64,000 bases of DNA, from the IMG/VR virus record IMGVR_UViG_3300037483_000453, positions 120,902-184,901 of that record; one strand, 5' to 3'. The DNA comes from a virus. Position numbers and translations under genes: made by a program. Below the pieces are notes generated by a model. The model was not told the DNA's origin. It made no database searches and saw only the letters and a program-made list of their open reading frames with translations. Shown here piece after piece: positions 19,251-29,489 of this stretch (its first letter is position 1; every line of letters starts with the position of its first letter).

Positions 19251-20276
19251 ATGACCACCACCATCGTCGTCAGCCCACTGGGACGTCAAGAAGAGAGCAC
19301 AGGCGAGGTCATCAGCCTTGATATAGTCGTCAAAGACTCAGCCCTCTTCAGCACTTATGACAAAATCGAAGTGTGGCGTGCCACCGGACAAGGTGGACCT
19401 TACAGTGAGTTGACGGCGGCGGCTGTGTCTCGGGCCCGTTTGCCCATCGGTGCAGATGATGCACCAGCAACACCAGCAGTAGGTCCGCTAGCCATACTAG
19501 ACACACTCGAGTTGGACCTACTGGTCAACGAGGCCACAGAGATTTCTGTGGTCTTCGCTGGGCCTGACCCAGTCAGCTATGCGGATGCTGCAGCCCAGGT
19601 CGTGGTCCAGGGCCAGGGCCTTGTGGAAGCCTATGTGACACCCTCGGGTACCTTTGTAGTGGAGACCACAGATGTTGGCACAGGGGTCACTCTTCGCGTT
19701 CTATCAAGCGATGGGGCCGCCCAGCTGGAGCTGCCGGTTGATGAGCTTGCCAACGGTAGGGCTGCCAGGCTCAACTTGTCCGACAGTATGGAGCGCTACG
19801 TCTTCGAGGACTCGTTTGGGGCTGGCACATACTTCTACAAGATTCGCTTTCGTAACGCATCCAATGGTGCCGTGAGTGAGTTTTCTCTGCCGCACTCTAT
19901 TGGCACTCGAATAGGCACGTCACCTGCGAACCTCATTTGTGGCACAGCACAGTTGCTGCAAGCGGATGGTAAGCCACTCGTCAATCAGCTGGTAGAACTC
20001 AGAGCTGAGTTCACAGGAATGCTGGTGGACGGGGCAGTGATGGCTGGTACTACGACCACTAAAAGAACTGATGCCTACGGCCGTGTGGAGTTTCGGTTGC
20101 TGCGTGGGCAGAAGTTCGGGGTCTCAGTGCCCGGCACGAGCTTGTTCAGGGATATTACGGTGCCATCAGACCCGCTTCAGGAGGTCTTCAACCTCTTCGA
20201 TCCCAGCGTTGGTGGTGATGACATCTTCAAGGTTCAGGTGCCCAATCTGATCTCAGCAGAGCGCCGGACATTGTGA
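19251..20276 (+). CDS. Putative virion structural protein, beta-rich
   Basis: AAGGAG RBS at 19241; C-terminal LLQADGKPLVNQLV...RTDAYGRVEFRLLRG carboxypeptidase-regulatory/Ig-like pattern. Confidence 0.55.
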   Translation: MTTTIVVSPLGRQEESTGEVISLDIVVKDSALFSTYDKIEVWRATGQGGPYSELTAAAVSRARLPIGADDAPATPAVGPLAILDTLELDLLVNEATEISVVFAGPDPVSYADAAAQVVVQGQGLVEAYVTPSGTFVVETTDVGTGVTLRVLSSDGAAQLELPVDELANGRAARLNLSDSMERYVFEDSFGAGTYFYKIRFRNASNGAVSEFSLPHSIGTRIGTSPANLICGTAQLLQADGKPLVNQLVELRAEFTGMLVDGAVMAGTTTTKRTDAYGRVEFRLLRGQKFGVSVPGTSLFRDITVPSDPLQEVFNLFDPSVGGDDIFKVQVPNLISAERRTL

Positions 20277-20518
20277 CTCTGGTCACAATCGTTTTTCCCG
20301 ACATAGACGGGAGCCAAGCATACATTCACTTACCCTGGCTTGAGGGAAGACGCTTGAGACATTACTTGCGTGAACCGGCACTAAGGAGGTACAACCTCAT
20401 CAATCGGGCGGTGCATTCGCGCTTATTGACTCAAGCAAGGGTCAAGTTGCGGCTCACATCAGTGCTGTCACCTGGTGACACAGTACACATAGTTCCAACC
20501 AAGAGGATAGCAGGGTGA
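20273..20518 (+). CDS. Small protein, possible ThiS/MoaD-like beta-grasp fold
   Basis: 81 aa ending LSPGDTVHIVPTKRIAG. Confidence 0.4.
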   Translation: MTLVTIVFPDIDGSQAYIHLPWLEGRRLRHYLREPALRRYNLINRAVHSRLLTQARVKLRLTSVLSPGDTVHIVPTKRIAG

Positions 20519-21417
20519 GTTTCGAGCCTGTTGACGTCCACATAGTAGACCAGCTGAGTAGCCCTATTGAGGGCGTGCTTGTAAAGGTCTACGACCCAAC
20601 TGGTGCGACATTCTATACCCAGGCCACCACGAACGCTGAAGGGGTGGCCAGTATGCTGTTGGAGACGCTTGGTTACACCATGCGTCTTTACAAGTTCCAG
20701 AGTGGGTTTGCGCAGCCACAGCACTTTGTAGTGAATGCCCCCCCTGCGGTGAATAGCTTTAACGTACAGGGCGAATCCTTTGTGCTGCCTCTGGCTACGG
20801 ACCCTCGGTTGTGCCGCTGTTCAGGCTATTTTAGGGACCTTGATGGTTCCCCCAAGCGCTACCTTGATATTCACGCCATTGGGCAGTTTGCTCCTATCCT
20901 ACTAGATGATGCAGCAGTCATCAGTGAGGAGCGGCATCTACGTACGGATGAAAATGGCTATGCGCAGGTCGATCTCATCCGTGGTGCTAAGTACTGGGGG
21001 CGTGTTGAGTCACTGGGGAGCGCCATGGCAGCTGCTGGGACAAGCACAGACCTCCGATGCATCAGTGTCCCGGATGCTGCAAGCGCGAGTCTCCCCAACC
21101 TCCTGCTGCCCATCGTGGACAAGATAGTGGTGTCACCCGTGGGCCCCTACTCTTTGACTGTTGGGTCAGAGGTCACCGTAACGCCTGAGATTTATGACAG
21201 CGCGGGTGCGCTGCTTGAGGGCACCGCGACTGGTGACGTGCAGTGGAAGTCAAGCGACGAGGCTGTCTTGAGGGTCACCGCGGCTCAAAACACCTTGGTC
21301 CTCCGGGGTAATGCACCCGGAACCGCCCAGCTTCTTGCTACACGAAAAGATTCATCTATCATCAAAATACCCAATGTACCCATCATGGGACAACCTCTCG
21401 ATGTGACAGTTACGTGA
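20515..21417 (+). CDS. Virion protein with Ig-like (Big_2-type) C-terminal domain
   Basis: SPIEGVLVKVY...TTNAEG N-terminus; IVVSP..SLTVG..VQWKSSDEAVLRV..GNAPGTAQLLAT. Confidence 0.6.
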   Translation: MSFEPVDVHIVDQLSSPIEGVLVKVYDPTGATFYTQATTNAEGVASMLLETLGYTMRLYKFQSGFAQPQHFVVNAPPAVNSFNVQGESFVLPLATDPRLCRCSGYFRDLDGSPKRYLDIHAIGQFAPILLDDAAVISEERHLRTDENGYAQVDLIRGAKYWGRVESLGSAMAAAGTSTDLRCISVPDAASASLPNLLLPIVDKIVVSPVGPYSLTVGSEVTVTPEIYDSAGALLEGTATGDVQWKSSDEAVLRVTAAQNTLVLRGNAPGTAQLLATRKDSSIIKIPNVPIMGQPLDVTVT

Positions 21418-22223
21418 GGGTTGCCAGTACCACAGTTTCGTTGAAGGCCGCTCAGGTTGCCTCGATGGCTGTGGCTTCGCTGGCATCATTGCAGACCGAC
21501 TTTCCTGAGGTCAGGGGCCCTATGAGCCTCTGCGCCAAGATCCTCAACGGCATGGTGGCTGCCCTGTCTGCCAAGCCTGCAAGTGAGCACCCCAAGCGTC
21601 GCCTGAGGGGCCCCAAGACGCCAAGGCCGCCGAGACAGCGCAGCATCAGGGCCGTGCCTGCCCGAGCGCCTAGGAGGGCCCTGGTGTATGAGGAACGCAC
21701 TGCTTGGGAGCCTAGTTCACCTCAGGAGGCCAGTCGCTGCAGAGCGTTGCTACTAGAGATACTGAGGCGTGCTGCCCATGACTGGGTTCTGTATCGCCAG
21801 AGCTCAAGGCTAACGAGCAAGGAGTGTGCTCAAGATGCCTACACGTGGCTTTTTGAAGAAACCACTGAGCATCCAGCTGGAAGGCACCGTGCGACCGCTG
21901 TGTTCGAGTTTGAGGATGGTGAAGTGACGGGGGTGCGTAGCATCACATCCTTTTTGGGTATCTGTGAAGCACTGGATTTAGACCCTGACACCGTGAGAAC
22001 CAGGGTACGCCAGATGGACATACAGACCATCATTTCGGCCGGACGGCCAGCAGAGACCAGGCGAGTGAAGCGGAATGAGGTTTCTGGGGTAGAGGATGCG
22101 GGACTTTCGATTGATGTAAACGTCGACCCCAGGGATTACCGCTATGAGACACAGTATGAATCCTACGGCAGTGTTGCCACACCTGAGATGCTCAGCATCA
22201 ATGACATAGCTGGGATTTACTGA
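21414..22223 (+). CDS. Hypothetical phage protein
   Basis: GTGA overlap; RALLLEILRRAAHDWVLY helical core. Confidence 0.55.
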   Translation: MRVASTTVSLKAAQVASMAVASLASLQTDFPEVRGPMSLCAKILNGMVAALSAKPASEHPKRRLRGPKTPRPPRQRSIRAVPARAPRRALVYEERTAWEPSSPQEASRCRALLLEILRRAAHDWVLYRQSSRLTSKECAQDAYTWLFEETTEHPAGRHRATAVFEFEDGEVTGVRSITSFLGICEALDLDPDTVRTRVRQMDIQTIISAGRPAETRRVKRNEVSGVEDAGLSIDVNVDPRDYRYETQYESYGSVATPEMLSINDIAGIY

Positions 22224-22275
22224 GGCTAAAAAGAGCGGCACAGTGAGCGCCCCACCCGAAGGCAGGGCGCTCACT
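22222..22275 (-). terminator. Terminator between convergent genes (11-bp stem, TTTTTAGCCTC tail)
   Basis: AGTGAGCGCCC...GGGCGCTCACT; GAGGCTAAAAA at 22222. Confidence 0.6.
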
Positions 22276-22280
22276 TGTCA

Positions 22281-22655
22281 CTAGGTGCCCTGGTTGGTGT
22301 AACGTGGGTGGCACATGGGGTGGTAGAGCTCACCCGTTGTATCACCTACTACTCCACGACGGGCATCGAGCGCTCGACCACACTCTGCACGCGAGCACCG
22401 TGTGGCTGGTACAGCGGGTGGCAAATAGCCGTAGCTGCGCAGCCAATCACCTACAATCGCAGCGTGCGCCTGGGGACTCTGTGGTGGTAGCAGTGGCTTA
22501 AACGCTGTACATGTGATGACGAAGCGCTCGAGTTCACTTGCACTCCCCAGTCTTTCGAGGAAATGGGGCACATCCTTTACAGGCATCCCCCGATGAATCA
22601 GGTTTTCGTAGGTACCGATCCGGTACTCGTGGGTTTCACGTCGCGGTCTGCTCAT
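22281..22655 (-). CDS. Hypothetical protein with Cys/His cluster
   Basis: GGAG upstream; C-terminal CSRAECG...HPMC. Confidence 0.5.
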   Translation of the reverse strand: MSRPRRETHEYRIGTYENLIHRGMPVKDVPHFLERLGSASELERFVITCTAFKPLLPPQSPQAHAAIVGDWLRSYGYLPPAVPATRCSRAECGRALDARRGVVGDTTGELYHPMCHPRYTNQGT

Positions 22656-22784
22656 CAGTCAGTCCTCCCATGGAGACCCACCCTTCGGGGTGTGCCGGTT
22701 ATTGATTTCAATGAAGGCCGCAGATATCGCGCTGCGGCGCCGCGCTTGTCACGCAGGGGGAGTTGCGTAACCAAGTCTGTGTGA

Positions 22785-23459
22785 CTAGGGCAAATCTAGG
22801 CAACGTACGACGGCAGATCCGTACCACACGCTGCCTACTCCGTGCCACCACGCACAAACCCATGCTTCAGGCTCATCCGGGTTGTATGCGTCCATCCCCA
22901 TGCTGTACAGCCTGGCCCAGGCATAGGCAGATGTACATCTGCCAGTCAGCACAATGTCGCCAGGGTCACACTCAACCCGGATCTCTGCGTACTCAGAGGG
23001 ACCATTACCTTTTTCCACAAATCTGGTGTAAAACGAGCCTGGGTTGAACAGGCCATCACTTCCATTGTCACCCTTTGGCCCTTGTGGACCCGCTGGACCT
23101 GTCTGGCCTTGCGGACCGGGTTGGCCTGTCAGTCCCATTGCACCTCGTAGCCCTTGCGGGCCGGTGGGCCCCTGTAGTCCTTGCGGTCCTTGCGGTCCTT
23201 GAGGTCCCTGGGCTCCAGTGGGCCCGATATCCCCTTGCGGTCCTTGGGGGCCTATGGGCCCAGCATCCCCCTGGGGACACACGAGCTGTTGCTCTTCACA
23301 GAGCGCGGAAGCGGTGGCCTGCACGGAATCGCTTGAGCCACTGGAACTCGAGGTATCGGAACTCTCAGGCATCCACGTAGGTTCCGAGGGTTCGCTGCTG
23401 CAGGCGAACAGGGCGCACACAGACAGCAACAGGACGCTGAGTAGGTTGTGGTTTTTCAT
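22785..23459 (-). CDS. Collagen-like (Gly-X-Y) exported/lipoprotein
   Basis: AAGGAGA RBS; lipobox-like LFAC; long GPQ-type repeat run; Cys-containing C-terminal domain. Confidence 0.8.
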   Translation of the reverse strand: MKNHNLLSVLLLSVCALFACSSEPSEPTWMPESSDTSSSSGSSDSVQATASALCEEQQLVCPQGDAGPIGPQGPQGDIGPTGAQGPQGPQGPQGLQGPTGPQGLRGAMGLTGQPGPQGQTGPAGPQGPKGDNGSDGLFNPGSFYTRFVEKGNGPSEYAEIRVECDPGDIVLTGRCTSAYAWARLYSMGMDAYNPDEPEAWVCAWWHGVGSVWYGSAVVRCLDLP

Positions 23460-23551
23460 ACTGTCTCCTTGGTTGTTTGTGTCTGTGGTACTGCGTTGTT
23501 GTACCTCTTCATTGTTCTTATCACCGATTTCACCCATATTTTGGAGTAGGC

Positions 23552-23890
23552 ATGGCTAACAACGACAAACAGGTTATCAACTTCGCAAAAGAAGTTAAGA
23601 AACGCACCGGGGTCGAGCTCGACGAGGAGAAGATCGCACGTGGGACCCCAGCTCGTGTACCGGTGGATGTTGAGCACGATCACATCGTTCGCTTGGCTAT
23701 GAGCCTGCTGAGCGTGATACGCAATGAGGGTAACTCCGTCGTTATCGTTGCTGCACTGCAACTAGTGGGCAACACAATGAGTGAAGAACTCATACGAGCC
23801 GTAGGCAGTAAGCAAGCAGCCAAGATAGCGGCAGCCGCCACAGTTCTCAGCAGCCAGTACAAACCGGAGTTCCCCAATGAAACAGCTTAG
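23552..23890 (+). CDS. Hypothetical protein
   Basis: GGAG RBS; ATG 23552. Confidence 0.55.
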   Translation: MANNDKQVINFAKEVKKRTGVELDEEKIARGTPARVPVDVEHDHIVRLAMSLLSVIRNEGNSVVIVAALQLVGNTMSEELIRAVGSKQAAKIAAAATVLSSQYKPEFPNETA

Positions 23891-24239
23891 CCGGTGGCAG
23901 CTGCTGCTGAAGACGTCACCCAGTGGCAAGGCGTTGTTCGTCTGTCAGGCATGCGGGGTGGTAAGTCCTGCACCAACCATAGAATGTACAACCATGGTGG
24001 ATGTGATGAGCGAGGGTAACTGTTACAAGGTGCCCTGCAGCTCATGGCCCCTTGATCCACAGGAGTACATACGCATGTCCAAAGCAACCAAGGGGCTAAG
24101 CGCGTATATCAGTGGTATTGTGGTTCTTTCTGATGGAACTACCGTTGATGTGTCTACGGTAGTTCCAGAAGCAATGGGACGCGAGATTGTTGTACTCAGT
24201 GTGTGCGGTACCTTCACAGGCAGCGCCTATGTGGTGTAG
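23877..24239 (+). CDS. Hypothetical protein with CxxC
   Basis: Overlapping start; FVCQACG. Confidence 0.5.
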   Translation: MKQLSRWQLLLKTSPSGKALFVCQACGVVSPAPTIECTTMVDVMSEGNCYKVPCSSWPLDPQEYIRMSKATKGLSAYISGIVVLSDGTTVDVSTVVPEAMGREIVVLSVCGTFTGSAYVV

Positions 24240-24612
24240 TGGGTCACTTCAGTCTGACTAGGCTGTGGGCTCCGCAGCCAAAACATCGAGGAGTACGGTG
24301 CGACGGTCCTCGGGCGAGAGGTGCTCCACGCCTGGCTCACGGAACATGGACCAGCAACAGCAGGGGTCATTAGAGCCGCTCTCGGATGGACCCAGTACGA
24401 TATAAACCGAGCCCTTGCGGTATGCGTGGCCCGCGACCGCATCACTGCCGAGACCCTGTACCAGGCGGTTGAGGAGGAGTGAGCATGTCCACCGTCCGGA
24501 CACTGGTGCCCATTCCCCTTGGTACAGAGTAAGTAGGCTGTATGCAGGAAAGCTGAGTCGTGAACCAGGTTGTAGATGCTCCGCATCTTCTTCCCGGCTT
24601 CGGCCTTCGTGC

Positions 24613-25116
24613 CTATTTTACGAAGGTGCTTGGGCCCATGTACAGCAGTCGGTCAGCGAATACAAACACGGGTAGTTCGGGACCGTAGTCGATCCCCTTC
24701 TCGGTGAGGGTAGGTTGCGGAATGATCAGGTTTGGGTAACTCAACCCAGCGCCCTGCGGTACTGCGACCAGCCACGGGTACTGGTTCTTTTTGAACCAGA
24801 GCATAGGTACGCCCCCCTCCTCGGCGGCCAGGCGTTGTGACTGTATCCACCAGTCCCATACAGGCTGCCGCTTACCAGCCACCAGATCGTCCATGCTCCA
24901 GTCCTTGCAGTGATTTACCTTGACCGTGAAAGGGAACTCGTCGGCCGTCGTCATCAAATCGCCTGATGCCCTGAAGAGGTAGTCACGACCTCTCCATTTA
25001 CCGCCCAGCGGCGTCGGTTTGAACTCGCACATTGGCTCTAAGATCTGCCACCACGAGGCCAGCAACATGGCTACCTCGCGCTCGGCTCGGCGTTCCTTGG
25101 CTTTGCTTTGTGTCAT
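24613..25116 (-). CDS. Holliday-junction-resolvase-like PD-(D/E)xK-fold protein
   Basis: SKAKERRAEREVA...SGDL...FPFTVKV...WWIQ...PMLWFKK..PWLV pattern. Confidence 0.55.
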   Translation of the reverse strand: MTQSKAKERRAEREVAMLLASWWQILEPMCEFKPTPLGGKWRGRDYLFRASGDLMTTADEFPFTVKVNHCKDWSMDDLVAGKRQPVWDWWIQSQRLAAEEGGVPMLWFKKNQYPWLVAVPQGAGLSYPNLIIPQPTLTEKGIDYGPELPVFVFADRLLYMGPSTFVK

Positions 25117-25802
25117 GCCGGCTCCTCCTCGGTCAGTAACTCAGCCAGCCTAGCTACGGCCGCCTGGGCATAGAAGACCCGCGGCGCGACGACCATCCCC
25201 AGGTTGAACAGGTCTTCAGCTTCAAAACAAGTGTCGGGGTAGTCGTACAGGAAGTGAGTCAGACGGTCGGGCCCCTCGTCACAATGTGAGTGGTGTGCCT
25301 CCACCAGTGCACACACGTGAGCGTCGTGGTGAGGGGTGACATGGGTGAATCTCGGGTGCCGCAGGAGCTCGGCCAGTTCTATATCGACGTTACTATCCTT
25401 CGCGTCGTGGCGCAGGTGGTCCTCGATCATTGAAGCCATGTCGCTCTGTGCCACACACACATCATAGACTTCACAAATCCTCCCTCCATCAGACATGCCG
25501 ATACGCGCCTTCTCGGCGATGTAGTCTATGTCCGTGCAGCCGCCCATCCAGAAGACGCGGCTCTGATGGTCGCCGAGATTGCCGCCCTTGAATACAACCA
25601 CATCATTATCACCACCAACGACAAGCGCTTGGTGACCCAAGCCCACGATCTCCGCGCCCATATTCCATGTCCAACCAGCATTGTCGATGGTTCGCTGGAG
25701 TACCCACCGGCCGTCACCGCGTGACGAAATGGTATGGTGCTTGAATGCCTTGCGTGATTGTGCCCACAGCATTTTGACGTAATCCTCTCGTGTACTAGTC
25801 AT
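25113..25802 (-). CDS. Hypothetical protein
   Basis: GGAG RBS; GATAAGA motif at 25840. Confidence 0.6.
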   Translation of the reverse strand: MTSTREDYVKMLWAQSRKAFKHHTISSRGDGRWVLQRTIDNAGWTWNMGAEIVGLGHQALVVGGDNDVVVFKGGNLGDHQSRVFWMGGCTDIDYIAEKARIGMSDGGRICEVYDVCVAQSDMASMIEDHLRHDAKDSNVDIELAELLRHPRFTHVTPHHDAHVCALVEAHHSHCDEGPDRLTHFLYDYPDTCFEAEDLFNLGMVVAPRVFYAQAAVARLAELLTEEEPA

Positions 25803-25890
25803 CCGGTTCTCCCATTATGGTTTCGTAGTTTCACACAGCTCTTATCCCCTAAGGTCAGATGGAATACACTAGAGAGGAGGTGATCAATCG

Positions 25891-26079
25891 ATGGCCGAAA
25901 AAGCAATGTGTCCCATTTGTGCAACAAGGCTTTCGTTGACACCCTTTGGGTTGTTACCTGGGCATCCTCAGGAACCAAAGACTGTGAAGAGGCAGGTACC
26001 CTGCACTGGTTCGGGATACACTGTGAAAGAGGCTATGCAGATCTTCGGTAGGGGTAGAACACCTGAGTACAAGAAATGA
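25891..26079 (+). CDS. Small Zn-finger-like protein
   Basis: GAGGAGG RBS; CPIC...H...C. Confidence 0.55.
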   Translation: MAEKAMCPICATRLSLTPFGLLPGHPQEPKTVKRQVPCTGSGYTVKEAMQIFGRGRTPEYKK

Positions 26080-26339
26080 CAGCACACGTTTACATAGTCG
26101 AATGCTCCGATGGCACGCTGTACACAGGGTGGTCCAGCCACTGGGAGAAACGGATTGAGCGGCACAACAAAGGCCGTGGGTCTAAATACACACGGTCGAG
26201 GTTACCTGTTAGGTTGGTCTACCTGGAACTGGCGGATGGAAAGAGTGAGGCTCTGCGACGAGAAGTTGAGATCAAAAACTTGTCCCGCACGCAGAAGCTG
26301 AAGATGGCCGAAGGGTATCGGAGAGTGTTGAATGGCTGA
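26076..26339 (+). CDS. GIY-YIG nuclease (UPF0213/YhbQ-like)
   Basis: VYIVECSDGTLYTGWS..R..RHNKGRGSKYTR..PVRLVY..A..RE..IK. Confidence 0.9.
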   Translation: MTAHVYIVECSDGTLYTGWSSHWEKRIERHNKGRGSKYTRSRLPVRLVYLELADGKSEALRREVEIKNLSRTQKLKMAEGYRRVLNG

Positions 26340-29300
26340 CTACACAAACGCTGAGATCCAAACCTCGGTAGAAAAGATTGTTCGGTCTACAATACGTAAA
26401 CCATACGGCGTACTTGGTAATCGGGATACGCAAACGACGTTCAATGACCTCCAGGACGCTGCTTCCGGTGTCTATATTCTGAAACCAAACGCCCCTTTCT
26501 ACACTGTCTTTCTGGGTACCAAACGGCTAACACAACGGGTGTCTGAAGAGCAGAATATTATCAGTGCACTCATCGAAGCTATCGAGAATACAAACCGCCG
26601 TGTGGCTGAGATAGACAACCTTGCTCCGCTCAATAATGCACGTGCTGCATTGGACGCATTGAGTGGTGCGGCAGGGTCCAGGAACAGTGTTTTTCAGACC
26701 ATTGAAAGCGTGCCTGCGTACCAACGATATGATGTGAATGTGCAACGGTTTTTGGATGAGTCATCCAAGCACTCCCGTAAGAATGGGCGCATTGTTTCTA
26801 CACCCCAGGAGAGTAGATCCAAGCTGGCTGGGCTGGTGCGAGATCTTATTTCTCAGCATGCCAGCCTGGTATCCAAAGCAGGCAGTCTTGGTGGTGCCAT
26901 TGATGACTTTGACAGCTTGTCTTTACCGAGCCTTGTGGCTCAGGGTGTCATCACCAATGCACGGGCTGTCTTGGAAAGTAGAATCTCAGAACTAGCGGGA
27001 TTGAGCCCTATAAATCGCCTCAATATTATCAGAGAAGTGACGCTAGACCTGCTCACAGGAAGAGCCGCTGTGGCTGGCCTGGGTTCACTCAGAGCTACTA
27101 CAACCTTCGCTCAGGTGGAGGGAGTTGGGGTGGTTTATGCAGACATAGATCACCCAGCCATAGCGGCCCAACTACCTGCTGAAATACTGGGTCCGTACCC
27201 CATCTATACAGGGCAGGCTAGCATCGATATTCGGGTGGATGATTCCTTCACTTTCCAGGCGCCTTTACCAGGTTCGTTTGTGGCCCAAATCAGTAGTGCT
27301 ATGACGGAGCCTTATGCGGTAGTGGTTGGGCAAAATGATGAGCTCACTATCCAAACCCGTAACCCAGGTCTCACCCAAACTACGACTGTCATTTTGACGC
27401 CTGGGTCGACACAAAGTGCTGATGATGTGGCCTCTGATATCAATACCGCACTGCCCGCAAACTCCTTTGTTCTGGCTGAGTCGGTGTTTCAGACATTCAG
27501 GTTCATTGGAGTCGTAGATTTAGACCAAACAGGCTCCCTGAGTGACATGGACTTTGTATTACCCTCACCCGGTACTTGGTCTGCTCTCGGTACTCGCGAA
27601 GGGGACTATGTCAGAGTTACCGATGTCCTGAGTGCCAACTTTGGGTCTGAATACCAGGTAGACACAGGAGGTATTGCTGGTGGGACTCTCACGTGTACCC
27701 AGCTGAGTGGTCCAGCCCCCACAGATGAGGTTCTACAGAGAATAGAAGTGGGGTTTGGGCGTACTGTACGCCTTCGTATCAAGGACGCTGATGTAGCCGC
27801 TTCATTGTCCAACAGAACAACCATCACGTTTCCTTTGGGTGAGCCCCAAAGTGCTCTCGAAGGGAACCTGAGCTTGGTTACCCCAGTCCCAATGGCTCTG
27901 GGTTTTGGTATTGGTGCCCAGATACGTTCTCGGGCCACCTTGGCCACCCAGATTTCTCAGGATCTCCCTCAAGTGGCTACTACACAGACGGGTGGTGTAG
28001 CTCGTCTGGATGTCGATACTGAGTTCGTGGGTACCCTGTGGGATGGTCCAGGAAGGTCTGACCCAGACAATCCCAGCATCTTGCATGCCTACCGTTTGTG
28101 GGTACGAGCTGATGTCCCAGCGGGGCAGCTCAACCTTGTTATTCCCCTCTTGGTAGACCCAGCGGCTGGCGGTGTGGTGCCCGGTGATATTGTGAGGATA
28201 CGAGAGACTCCGGTTGCAGCAGACCTAGCTGCCCTCGGCACAGTCATCACTGTAACCCCAACGTCTATCGTGGTCACATTCTCGGTGCCCCAAGCAGGCG
28301 GCACTGATTTGCAGCTAGAGGTTCAGCCACAGATCAGTAACAGCAGCGAATATCTTGAGGCCAGGGTCACTGGCAGTCCATCACAGGATGGGGAGTACTT
28401 CATGGACGCTGGGGGTCAGGTTGGGTCTATACCGGATTTTGTTATGGAGGGTCAGGTTTCTGCTCATCGTGGTCCAGGAGGCCAGCCAGTATTCTTTAAC
28501 CTCGAGTTGGGTTTCAACAGGGTCATTTTCAAGAGCACAACCACAGACCTAAGCACCAAAGTTGAGGTGTTTGATGGTGGGGGTGCCTCTGCGGCATCCA
28601 GGTTCTTTTCTAGCCTCCCTTCGAATGCCGTTGGCACCACCCCATACTTTCAACTGCCACACGATCCCAGGTCCATACAGCTCGGGGACACCCTTGAGTT
28701 TACTGAGAGCATCTACAACGTAGTCTCACAGTCTTTCTATATTGTGGGACTTGAGCTTAGCCAGCTTCTACTCGAGGTAGAGCCGGGTATGGCCACTGAT
28801 TTTGGTTCTGTGGCCATGACACAGGGAGCACCGCCCCCTTTTGGTAGGGTCAGGCTGGGTAAGAAGAATAACTACGTGGTGTTCGAAGAGGCATTGAGCA
28901 CCTGGTTGAACCTTCCGCAGAATGACGCAGCCTATTTTGTTGAGCTTCAGCGGCTACTCAACCCCTTGATCGTCAACAGCAACCCTACTGCTGCCCAAGT
29001 CAACACTGCCAAGCTTCACGTGCAACAGTTGCTAGCTACTCTTACCCGCCAAGGGGCTATTGTATCGGGAGCTGACCCTTCCGAATCGCTTGAGGCCATC
29101 CTGATGAGCTACGTGGTGAGCCCAGTGGAAGAGGTAGATGTGCTCGTGGACACATACCTTGAGCGAGGGGCTACAAGAGGTGTGGATTTGCTGCTCGAAG
29201 GGAGATTCAGCAGCTTCTTTGGGTTGACCCCTGAAGCCATGAGCTATGATGGAGCTGCACGTGTTGCACTGCAGTTAGTACAGCGGTTGGATATGCCTGT

Positions 29301-29454
29301 GCGTAAAATCAACAGGCTGCAAGATTTGGCTCAGTCTCAGACTGTTGCAGAGTGGGAAGACCCGGACTTCGATTTTGACCAATCGGATGTGGACGACCCT
29401 GAGGATATTGAGATCCCAGCCGACTTTGCCGAGGTTTCTTCGCTTGGCAGGTGA
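26332..29454 (+). CDS. Large putative tail/baseplate structural protein (1040 aa)
   Basis: Helical ends, long beta-rich middle with SADDVASDINTAL-type motif, acidic tail. Confidence 0.5.
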   Translation: MADYTNAEIQTSVEKIVRSTIRKPYGVLGNRDTQTTFNDLQDAASGVYILKPNAPFYTVFLGTKRLTQRVSEEQNIISALIEAIENTNRRVAEIDNLAPLNNARAALDALSGAAGSRNSVFQTIESVPAYQRYDVNVQRFLDESSKHSRKNGRIVSTPQESRSKLAGLVRDLISQHASLVSKAGSLGGAIDDFDSLSLPSLVAQGVITNARAVLESRISELAGLSPINRLNIIREVTLDLLTGRAAVAGLGSLRATTTFAQVEGVGVVYADIDHPAIAAQLPAEILGPYPIYTGQASIDIRVDDSFTFQAPLPGSFVAQISSAMTEPYAVVVGQNDELTIQTRNPGLTQTTTVILTPGSTQSADDVASDINTALPANSFVLAESVFQTFRFIGVVDLDQTGSLSDMDFVLPSPGTWSALGTREGDYVRVTDVLSANFGSEYQVDTGGIAGGTLTCTQLSGPAPTDEVLQRIEVGFGRTVRLRIKDADVAASLSNRTTITFPLGEPQSALEGNLSLVTPVPMALGFGIGAQIRSRATLATQISQDLPQVATTQTGGVARLDVDTEFVGTLWDGPGRSDPDNPSILHAYRLWVRADVPAGQLNLVIPLLVDPAAGGVVPGDIVRIRETPVAADLAALGTVITVTPTSIVVTFSVPQAGGTDLQLEVQPQISNSSEYLEARVTGSPSQDGEYFMDAGGQVGSIPDFVMEGQVSAHRGPGGQPVFFNLELGFNRVIFKSTTTDLSTKVEVFDGGGASAASRFFSSLPSNAVGTTPYFQLPHDPRSIQLGDTLEFTESIYNVVSQSFYIVGLELSQLLLEVEPGMATDFGSVAMTQGAPPPFGRVRLGKKNNYVVFEEALSTWLNLPQNDAAYFVELQRLLNPLIVNSNPTAAQVNTAKLHVQQLLATLTRQGAIVSGADPSESLEAILMSYVVSPVEEVDVLVDTYLERGATRGVDLLLEGRFSSFFGLTPEAMSYDGAARVALQLVQRLDMPVRKINRLQDLAQSQTVAEWEDPDFDFDQSDVDDPEDIEIPADFAEVSSLGR

Positions 29455-29457
29455 CCC

Positions 29458-29489
29458 GAGGCTAAAAAGCTGACCCTGTTGGTCAGCTT
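29458..29489 (-). terminator. Intrinsic terminator at the convergence point
   Basis: AAGCTGACC-ctgtt-GGTCAGCTT; minus-strand tail TTTTTAGCCTC. Confidence 0.7.

Noticed and set aside
26076-26339. GIY-YIG gene as homing endonuclease for the thyX intron
   Set aside because: It is the short stand-alone YhbQ-like type with no DNA-binding extension and lies 30 kb away.
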